A program made the position numbers and the translations under genes. Shown in pieces: positions 10,140 to 20,557 of a stretch of DNA of 50,963 bases. Numbering within the stretch: the stretch's first letter is position 1; every line of letters starts with the position of its first letter. Source of the stretch: Octopus bimaculoides (Eukaryota); contig NC_068994.1 of assembly GCF_001194135.2 (NCBI RefSeq), positions 24,777,202 through 24,828,164 on the forward strand, in the 5' to 3' direction. The notes beneath the pieces are model-generated. The model did not search any database, was not told the DNA's origin, and saw only the letters and a list, made by a program, of their open reading frames with translations.

Positions 10140-11610
10140 TGAAGTTTCAAGAAAGTGAAAGAAAAATTCAACAATAGCCAATAGTACTAAAATTTGGCTA
10201 TAAGATACATTAAAGAAAGTAGAAAAGGAGGAAAAAGAAGAAAAAAGGGTAGGCAAACTGCCCCCACCTGGGGAAATGATAACTAGAACCAAAGAAAAAA
10301 CCATAATTTAATAAGTCTTCAATCCTGAAAAAAAAAAAAGATTCGAACAATTAGAAAAATCAACAATCGAAAAATACCTCGGGCCAGTGTTGAACGAAAT
10401 CAAATACCTGGCCAGAGGCACAAGGTTTGCGACAATAGAAGCACGGTTCAAGTCAGCCGAGAAGGCCAGAGACTTCTCGACTCGAACCGTGCAAAGTGGA
10501 AATATACTGTTTTTGCCACTGTATCTGGGTAGAAGGACGGCCGGAATAAAAATTTAAAATATTCCTCCAGAGGTGGAGGCAGCATGGACAGCTGCCTCCA
10601 TCCTCTTCGACAGGGAGGAAAAGGTAAATATGATCCAGATCTCTAGGGTTGCCCCGCAAAACTGGCAGAGTCAAACTCTGGAGATTCTGGCCCAGGCTTC
10701 ATTCGAAGTCTTAGAAAAACTCCCCGAAACCATTCATATCGGGGAGGAGACTATATTACTTGTAAATGTTGGGGGGAGAAGGCCCCGATGTTTTAAATGT
10801 GGCAAGAAAGGGCACATTAGGTCAAAATGCCCCAAGAACAAGGATGAGGAAGAAAAAGAAGAGACGGAGCCCCAAGCCAAGGAAGCTATTACACAGAGGG
10901 CAACCGTCTCTTCCAAGGAAAAAGAAACGCTGGCGCCTCCAGCCAAGGAGGCTGTTACGAAGAGGGCCTTGGCAAACATCAATATTGCGGCACTCCCAGC
11001 CAAGGAGGCAATTACAAGAGGGGCGACCGTGGAGGAGGAGACACCCTCCGCAAGGGAGGCGGTTACACAGAGTGGTCCACCTCTAATACCAATGAAATGC
11101 CAGAGGAAAAAAGCTACTGTGACACCCTCGGAAGAAGAAATGGACTTCCAGATGGTGACACGTAAACGCCGTCAGAAAATGGAGTCGCCTTCAAAGACAT
11201 TAAGAGGTGACTCCAAAAATGAAAATGGTAAAAACTACGGAAAAACCTACAGGAAACCCTAAAAAAGGAACTATGGGACTAAGCACGATAAAACTACTCA
11301 GGAAGGAAGATCTTACAATAGTTGTATACAAAACACAAAATAAATATTTAGATAGGGTTATACAACCCCATCATCAAACGAAGGTATATAGAAATTACAT
11401 TAACAACATAAATACGATAGCGAAATGCCATGAAGCTTGTATCTTGAATTAAAAGAAAGACATAGTGGACACATTGTGGAAATGAAAGACCTGCTAAAAA
11501 ATGTTAATCCAGAAATGGAACCATTTCTGTATGAGAGGATGGAGGAGGAGGGATTAGTACCGGTGGTACTAAGGATCTTCCCCTCGAGTATAAAGCCGAG
11601 AAAAAACTGA
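10140..11610 (+). pseudogene. Tx1-like ORF1 (gag-like, CX2CX4HX4C knuckle), frameshifted
   Basis: RPRCFKCGKKGHIRSKCP in ORF 10573..11262. The upstream part is homologous to copy 2 ORF1 (PVLNEIKY.A.GTRF.TIEARF). A C-terminal extension stops at TGA 11608-11610. Confidence 0.85.
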
Positions 11611-11649
11611 GCAAGGTAAGCTCAGCGTTTTTTTCCTTCTTCAACTGAC

Positions 11650-14600
11650 ATGGTTACATCAAATATCAGATGTTTGAATGTACGTGGCTTGGGGTCGAAG
11701 AGGAAGCAGGCTTGTTTCCTCGACGACCTCAGGTCACACAGAATAAATGTGATGGTTGCTACAGAGACCAAGTTGGACAAGCTGCAGGCTTTTACACCTC
11801 TCCTGAACGGCTATGAGAAAATCATGTCTCCTAGCCGAACCGGAGGGGGAGGTGAGGTCGTAGTTCTGATCCAGAAAATCTTGACTCTGCAGACTCGTAC
11901 AATCTTTGTGGACCCGGAAGGCAAGTCGGTCGTTCTAGATCTGATTTCAGAGGTAGGGCCTTCAGGTTGGTTGGCATTTACGCGCCTAATACAACAGGCA
12001 AACGGAATGAGTTCTACCAACGTTTGAACAATTTCCAAGTGACATCGAAGACTTTACTTGTGTTAGGTGACTTTAACGCTATTCTTGATGCACGCATGGA
12101 TGGCATTGGCTCGAACAATAGGAAATGTGACTCACGCCTCGTTGATCTGCTGAAGCGATTTAGGCTAGCGGATCAATTCAGACTTGATAATCCGAACATG
12201 CCAATGTGGACTTGGCACGATAGATCAATCAGGTCTTATATAGATAGGATCTTAGTTAATACTAGAGATAAGTTTAATGTTAGTTGTCCACAGTTTATCT
12301 ATGTACCCTACATGGATCACAAATTAGTGACGTGTAGGGTGCATATAGATAAGGTTCATAGACAGGGATCTGGCTACTGGGAGTTGAACAAGTCCCTATT
12401 GGATTGTGAAGCTTACCGTAGTCAGATTAAGGTGTTAGTTATGAGGGCACTAACCGGCACCGTGTTAAATAACCAGAGGTGGGGTGCCCTCCAAGAACCA
12501 TTCGTATGGAGTCGACTAGATTTAGCAAGCAGCTAAGTTTAGAGTAGACTAGAGTAGAAAGAGATTTAGTCAAGGCGTTAGAAGAGGCGCTGAGAGTGGG
12601 CTCTGCACCCCAAGTTTTGGCAGCGAGATCAGCGTTGGACCAACACTTCAATGCCAAACACGAAGGATGTAGATTTCGGGCTAAAATACGTGCACTGGGT
12701 CGTGAGGGTATCAACATTGTCGGGTGGGCTCGCTCGGTAGAAATCCAACGTGGAGTGAATGCTACGATTAGGTCTGTGGTTAACGAACAAGGACAGCAGA
12801 TCGAAGGACAAGAAGAGATGTGCAAGGCCTTTCACGAGCACTTTTTTTACGTTGTCTGGGAGGGGCAGGGCATTGGACCATGGGGATTCCTTACGGGTTT
12901 TCCTGGCCGGTGGCCCATGTCTTTCGGAGCGCGAGGCTGAGCGCTGTGAAGGGCCGATCACATCCAAGGAGGTTATAGAGGTGCTTTCCGAGTGCCCCGG
13001 GGACAAGTCACCGGGATTGGATGGTCTACCTTATTAATTTTATAAAAGTATGCCAGACTTGTTTGGGAACATATTGGCCAGTGTTTACGCAAATTGGCAG
13101 CAGAATGGGAGAATTCCCAAATCTGTGAACCGAGGAGTTGTTACACTGATCAGGAAGGTCCCAAGCAAGAGGGATAAGTAAGTAATTTTAGGACCATAAC
13201 TCTGCTAAACACAGAGTTAAAGACTTTGGCTCCAGTGTTAGCCAAGAAAATGGGGATTGTCGCAGGCGACCTGGTGGGAGAGGCGCAGACATGCGCCATC
13301 TCAGGGAGGTCGATATTCAGCGACCTACATCTCATACGCTACACCATAGAGAGAGTGAGTAAAGTTCCTGGCAAAGGTGGGGCAGTGGGGAATTTAGACC
13401 AGTCTAAGGTATTCGATAGGGTCGACCATCGGTATCTGGCGGCGGTCCTCTAAGCGGTCTGATTGGTCCGACTTTCCGAGGCTGGATCGAAGCTTTATAT
13501 TGTAACATCGAATCTGCCATCCGGATGAATGGGTTCTTCTCGAGCCCATTCGTGACTCAACTNNNNNNNNNNNNNNNNNNNNNNNNNNNNNNNNNNNNNN
13601 NNNNNNNNNNNNNNNNNNNNNNNNNNNNNNNNNNNNNNNNNNNNNNNNNNNNNNNNNNNNNNNNNNNNNNNNNNNNNNNNNNNNNNNNNNNNNNNNNNNN
13701 NNNNNNNNNNNNNNNNNNNNNNNNNNNNNNNNNNNNNNNNNNNNNNNNNNNNNNNNNNNNNNNNNNNGGAGATTAGGGACGTTGGAGGGAGACCCGCGTG
13801 ATCTATGTTGTAGTAGAAGTGTGACGGCATATGCGGATGATGTTACCATCATTGTGTCTGATGAAGGGCAGCTACCTCGTGTAGAAGACGCCATCAAAGG
13901 ACACGAAGCGGTGGCAGGGGCAAAAATTAACCAGGAAAAATCAGTCGGCTTGCAACTCGGCACCTGGCGAGGCAATTCGATGCCTCCTAATAGCGTCATC
14001 GGACGTTTGGCGGAGGGCCCGGTTAAGCTGCTCGGGATCTGTTTTGCATGAGACCGCCAGGTGGAGAAAAACTGGAGAGAGGTAATGAGTAAGGTGATGG
14101 TCAAAACCCAGATCTGGACTGGGAGGACGTTATCCTTGCTAGCAAGGGCCGGGGTTACACAGGTGTTTATAGCATCTGTGATAACCTACTGCCTGACCGT
14201 CGTGCCTTGTCCCAGTTTGTGGCTGAACAAGTTGGAAAGGATCCTTTTTCGCTTTTTGTGGAAGGGAAAACCACCACTTGTGAGGTGTTCCATTTGTTGT
14301 CAGAAACCATTTACGGGTGGACTGGTGATGCCTTGACTGATGATGCGCAAATATGTGTTGAAGCTGAGGCACCTCCGGCGCTACCTGGATAGTGAGCAGG
14401 TGTGGTCACTGCATGCCAAGCAACTTTTTCTACAATTAGAGTCCCTTCGGAACTTAGGCACATGGATCAGGCGAAGGCCTAAGATGGGGGAATGGCAGAA
14501 AGAGTGCAGACAAGCACTCAAGCTGTTCTCCCAAGTGAGCAATACTGGCAATGAGGTTACCACTGCGGATTTCTAGGGGAGACTCTGGGCTTTGACGATA

Positions 14601-15200
14601 AACAACTAGCCAGCCTGTTTGCAAGGACATTCGGGCCAAGGTACCTGGATAATTTCCAGAAATCCTTGGCATGGTTGTGCTATCGTTCGGCTTTACCAGT
14701 TCGGGAGAGGTTGTCCAGACATGGTTATAACACTCCCAAATATATCCGAGGTGCGGGCACGTCAGTAAAACTGTCACGCACACCTTCGTACATTGTGGGG
14801 AGTTGAGGGGATTGGTGACCTATATCAAACAACTGATATCGGATGAGGAAAGAGTACGGCTCTCGACTGAGTCCACAGTTAAGATTGTACCACCTCTTCC
14901 TTTAACAAGGAAAGGAAAGCAGCCTTTTTCTACATGGTAGCCATACTGAAAGAGACAATGTAGCGAACAAGAGTGAAAGGGATTGAGACAGGTCACTTCA
15001 TCTCCAGACAGGGTTTGGAAAGTTGGTTCAGCTTCCACCTCGTGAGAAATATCTGTCTGGAGAGAAGGTACCTACATCTTAGCGTGTATGAGAAAAGATG
15101 AAAAGATGTAGTAAGAAAGTTGAATATGCATGGAGACGTACTAATGTAGCCGGTCAATGAGGAAGGAGAAAAACAATTGTCTCGGCCAAATGATAAAGGC
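11650..15200 (+). pseudogene. Tx1-like ORF2: APE endonuclease plus reverse transcriptase, disrupted
   Basis: CLNVRGL, VATETKL, GIYAP, VLGDFNA, SYIDRIL, MDHKLV, GYWELN (APE); DKSPGLDGLP, FRPITLLN, LDQSKVFDRVDH, AYADDVT (RT). Confidence 0.9.
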
Positions 15201-15722
15201 AAACACGAAGGTTCAAAACTGACAGGTTGAGATAGAACCCGGAAGGAAAGTTATATGAATTTAATATTTTTAACTATATATTCATTAAAATTTTTAAATC
15301 ATAACGTCTTATCATCCTGATCCTCATTTTGTAATTACAACAAGCACTGATGGACCCTCCCCCATCCCCTGTAAGACAGTCCATTGTTTGTACCCGACCC
15401 CTCCTTCTTGTTATATCTATGTATGCCTTAAATAGGCAAATAAAGAAATTACTCAGTGTCTGTCTGGAGTTGCATTCATTCGGTACGTGAGAAGCTATTT
15501 TTGATATTGTTATCCTTTAGGGAATTGTTCTTTTGCGTATTTGTGGTTTCCCGTAAGAGAAACCTTGTATATTATTCTTTTTGTGAATAATTATTTGTAA
15601 ATTGTTATCCTCCACCTTGTGGGGAAGGATAAACAAATTGTTATTCGTGTGTTGAACTTTGTTCCTTTGTGGAATATTTTGTATTCACTTTTTGATAATT
15701 TTTTGTTGTAAAAATTATAATA

Positions 15723-17304
15723 ATGTCTTCGGTTAAAGAACCAAAAGAATTGAATTTTGCTGCTGCTGTCAGCAGAACTGAAAAATTAAAATTGAGAAAA
15801 GAGGAAATCCAAGCATACTTCAGTGTGATCACAGAAGAAAATGGAGAAAGCAGGATTACACCACCGAATGAAATTATAAATAAAACAAGGGAAAAGACTA
15901 TCATTTACAAGTCATACAATGCGGAGAAGAAAAGATTTGAACACCTAGAGGAGAGTACCATAGAAAAATGCCTCGCGCCGGTATTAAATGAAATAAAATA
16001 CATGGCCCACGGAACAAGGTTTCCCACAATAGAAGCAAGGTTTGAATCAGCAGAGAAGGCTAGAGACTTCTCGACTCGAACCGTGCAGAGTGGGAATATA
16101 TTATTTTTACCCTTATATTTAGGTAGAAGAACTTTTAGGATAAAAGTTTTAAATATCCCACCAGAAGAGGAGACTGCTTGAACTGTAGCCACCATTCTCT
16201 TCGGAAGGGAAGAAAAAATCAATATTATTCAAATCTCCAGAGATGCCTCACAAAACTGGCAAGGCCAAACTCTGGAGATTCTTGCACAAGCCTCAGTCAT
16301 TGATTTAGAAAGCCTCCCAGAGTCTATTCATATAGGAGAGGAAACAGTGTTAACTGTTCATGTGGAGGGAAGGCGGTCCAGGTGTTTTAAATGTGGGAAA
16401 AAAAGGCTACGTGAGGTCCAAGTGCCCCACCAACAAAGATAAAGAGGAAGAAGAGGAAAAGAATGAAGAGACGACCTCCACCAACAAAGAAGAAACAACA
16501 CCAGTGCCCACAGCCAAGGAGGCTATTACCCAGAGGTTGACCGCCTCCACCAGTGAAAAAGAAATACCAATGCCCCCATCCAAGAAGGCTGTTACACAGA
16601 GGGCGTCGGTAAATACCTTGGCACCTCCAGCCAAGGAGGCTGTTACTAAGAGGGCGACCGCTGAGAACAAACCAGCCGTCACACTGCTGGAAATGGACTT
16701 CCAGACAGTGTCATGTAAACACACAACAGAAAAGGAGTTGCCTACAAAGAATCAAGAGATGACTCCTAAAAACAAAACTGTAAAAACTGTGGAGACCACC
16801 GAAAAACTGAAAGCACCCTCCTCCTCAAAAAAGAGGGAAGACGGCCCAGGTGTTTTAAATGTGAGAAAAAAGGTCCACGTGAGGTCCAAGTGCCCCACCA
16901 ATAACTCCAAAACCAAAATTGTAAAAACTGTGGAGACCACTGAAAAACTGAAAGCATCCTCCTCCCCAAAGAAGAGGGAAAATTAACTTGATAAAGGTGG
17001 ACATACCAAAAAATGAGGACATTGTGGTAGTGGCTTATAAAAGCCAAAATAAATTTCTTGATGGTGTGGTTAAGCCACACTGACAAGCGAAGGTGTATGA
17101 AACACAACAAACAAAAACATAAATATTGCCAAGATGTCGAGAGGACTATATTTAGAACTAAAGGAGAGGCAGAAGAAAAACATTGTTAAATTAAAAGACC
17201 TCCCAAAAGTATGCAACCCGCCATTAGAACCATTCTTGTATGAGAAGGAGGAGGAGGAGCTAGTTCCAGTGGTACTGAGAACGACCCCCCTCGATAAGAA
17301 ATGA
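15723..17304 (+). pseudogene. Tx1-like ORF1 of copy 2, frameshifted, with a duplicated knuckle
   Basis: ORFs 15723..16181 and 16360..16986; RCFKCGKK..YVRSKCP split by a frameshift and repeated near 16840-16900; C-terminal domain ends at TGA 17302-17304. Confidence 0.85.
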
Positions 17305-17370
17305 GCGAGCAAGGTAATCTGAAAAATTTTCTTCCTTCTTCTTTTTATTTGACATGGCTACACTATGTAT

Positions 17371-20300
17371 AACTCCACCGACGCCTGGTCCCAAGTCCAG
17401 GGAGAGAAAGGAGGAGGAGGGTTGGACATAGGGCTATCACCCCTATCCCATAAAACCCCAACATGCTAAAGAAAAAAACAACAACAAATCTACTGACAAT
17501 CGGCACAAGGCAGACAATTCGACCCAAGTTGTGACGATGGTGGGTGAAAGCCGAAAGGAAGCCCAATGTCTGATGAAGAACTCGATACTGAGTGCCAGCA
17601 AGGTGACAAAAATTGGAACCTGGAGCATGAGAACAATGTTCCAAATGGGCAGAATGGCCCAGGCTATCGAGAATTTGAAAGATACCAGCTAGAGATATTA
17701 TCTTTTTCAGAGGTGCGATGGACTGGCAGTGGCAAGATCAGCAGTGGTGAAACAACCTCACTGTACTCAGGACCAGAAGATGCGCACCAGAGAAAAGTTG
17801 GACTGGTGCTTAGTAAAGAAGCAGCAAGAGCATTGATTGGGTGGAATCCAGTCAAGGAGAGAATAATAACAGCAAGGCTGCAGTCAAGACATGCAAAAAC
17901 AACCATCGTGTCAGTATATACACCAACAGAAGATGCAAATGATGAAGAAAAAGACACCTTCTATCAGCAGTGTCAAGATGTGCTCAACAACATCCCAAGC
18001 CATGACATTGTACTATTTGCTGGTGATATGAATGCACAGATTGGCAACAACAGGGCAGGATTAGAACATGTCATTGGGCCATATGGTTCAGCAACAGAAA
18101 CCAATGACAATGGAGAGTGTCTTCTGCTATTCTGTAATATCAATGGATTGTGCATTGGCAACACCTACTTTGCACATAAAAAAATCCATAAGAAGACCTG
18201 GAGATCACCAGATGACAAGATAGAGAATAAAATTGACTACATCTGCAAGGCACTGACTGATGTCAGAGTGTGCAGAGGTGCAGACATTGGCTCTGATCAT
18301 CATTTAGTTCAAGGAAAAGTTCAACTGAAGCTAAAAAAGATGCAAAAGCCCAAAACTATCAGACCTTTTGCAGTGGAAAAGTTGAAAGGTCAACAGAAAT
18401 CACAACAGTTCAGGCTTGCACCTGAAAACAAGTTTGAACCACTGCTGCAAGCAAGTGATATTGAAGAACAATTGGCAATATTCAGGGAGGCAGTAACAAA
18501 AGTTTCAGAAGATCGGCTGGGCAGAAGAAGAGGGAAAAGAAAAGAAATTTGGATACAGGAAAGAACCTGGGACCTGATAAATGAGAGAAGAAAGATAAAG
18601 CAGGCAAGAGTGCAAGCAAAAACACGGGATGCTAATACAAAACTCAGTGAGCAATACCAGTTGGCAGATAGAGCAGTGAAGAGAAGCTGCAGAAAGGACA
18701 AGAATGCATGGTTTGAGCAGAAGAGTGAGGAATCACAGGTAGTAGCCAATCAAAATGACACCAGGACCCTCTACAAAATTGTCAAATATTTGACTGAAGC
18801 TGGAGGGCCATCGGCAGTACCAGTAAAAGAGAAAAGCGGCACTGTAATCACAACAACAGAGCAACAAAGATCACGGTGGGTGGAGAGTTTCCAGACAGTA
18901 CTAAACCAGCCAAATCCAACAACACTCTTCAATTTTGATAATGAAACTGGACAGCAACAGCTGGATGTAAGAATGGATAACATCAGTGAAGATAAAGTTG
19001 AAAGAGCTATCAAGAAACTGAAGAACAACAAAGCAGCAGGTGCAGACAATATAACAGCTGAACTCCTGAAGCATAGAAATCACTGCACTGTGAAGGCAAT
19101 GACAAGGCTTCTGAATTGTTGCTGGCAACAACAAGTTCCTGAAGACTGGAGGAATGGAGTTATTGTGAAATTGCTTAAAAAGGGGAATTTGGCAGACTGT
19201 AATAATTGGAGAGGTGTAACGCTGCTTTCAGTACCTGGGAAAGTACTGAGTATTGTGCTGCTGGAAAGGCTGAGAGATGCTGCTGATGCAAGACTACGAG
19301 AGCAACAAGCTGGCTTTAGAAAAGAAAGATCATGCTGTGAACAGATTTTCACCATCAGAAACATCATTGAACAGTGTGTAGAATTTCAAAGACCACTTCA
19401 AATCAACTTTATTGACTTCAAGAAAGCATTCGATTCTGTACACAAAGAATCGCTGTGGAAAATTGCCTCACTGTATGGCATTCCGCAGAAATTCATAGCA
19501 ATCATTCAGAACATTTACAAGAACAGCAGTTGCTGCATAAAAATGCAAGAGGGAAATACAGAGTATTTTGCTATCAAAACAGGGGTGAGACAAGGCTGCA
19601 TTATGTTACCATTCTTCTTCCTGCTGGCAGTTGATTTCATCATGAAAAAGGCAATAGATGGAAAAAATCTAGGTATTCAATGGCAACAACAGCAGCAAAA
19701 ACAACAACAGCAGCAACAACAAAACCACCAACAACAACAACAGTTGGCTGACCTTGACTTTGCTGATGACATTGCACTTCTGGAAGAATCCAGAGGACTG
19801 CAGCGAGTGACAACAAATCTTGCTGAAACAGCTGGTAAAATTGGTCTCAGAATCAGTCATGGAATGACCAAGTGTTATGCAAGTATGGAGAGAGGATAAA
19901 CAAAGTGATGTAAAAATAACAGTTGGAAATCAGCCAGTTGAAGATGTTACCAGCTTTTCACACCTGGGCAGCGTACTAGCGAGTGATGGAGGGGCAGAGT
20001 GATGTCAAAGTTAGAGTTGGCAAAGCTGCAGCAGTTTTCAGTAAGATGGGGAAAATCTGGGCAAGTAAAAGCACTGATTTGAAAATTAAACTGCGTCTAT
20101 ACAGCACCATCGTGTTACCAACAGCACTGTATGCCAGTGAAACTTGGAAAGTAACATCAACAATATCCAAGAAACTGGATGTATTCCATCAGAGGTGCTT
20201 GCGGAAAATATTGAAGATCTCCTATCGTGACCACATCACAAATACTGCAGTCCTCCAGCGAGCACAGTCAAGAAGGTTGCAAGACATCGTGGCAGAGAGA

Positions 20301-20557
20301 AGAATGAGACTAGCTGGGCACATTTTCTGCATGCCAGACCAATGGCACACCAAAACAGCATTTAGATGGGAACCACCTGGCGGAAAGAGAAAGAGAGGAA
20401 GACCAAAAACAACATGGCGCAGATCGTTCAAAGCAGACATAGCAGTAATAAACAGAAAATGGGAAAACATCGAGAGAGAGGCTGCCAATAGAGATCAGTA
20501 GAGATTGTTGTCTGCCCAATGCGCCACCAGACGCGGGATGGACTAAGGACTAAGGAA
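17371..20557 (+). mobile_element. Near full-length RTE-clade LINE with 9-bp TSD
   Basis: TSD actatgtat at 17362-17370 and 20558-20566. RTE-type 5' UTR stem-loop (cccaagtcca...tggacataggg) and (GACTAAG)2 tandem 3' tail. Confidence 0.95.
17537..20501 (+). pseudogene. RTE ORF (APE plus RT), few frameshifts
   Basis: KIGTWSMRTM (upstream frame), SEVRW, VYTPT, GDMNAQIG, GSDHHLV, NNWRGVTLLS, FIDFKKAFDSV, TGVRQGCI, LDFADDIALL, LYASETW. The 777-aa open segment is 17566..19899. Confidence 0.92.

Larger units (their letters stand above)
10140..15450 (+). mobile_element. Tx1/L1-clade non-LTR retrotransposon, copy 1 (5' boundary approximate)
   Basis: ORF1 with a CCHC knuckle, ORF2 with APE and RT; 3' UTR ends TGCCT/AGGCA hairpin-AATAAAGAAATT. 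Confidence 0.9.
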
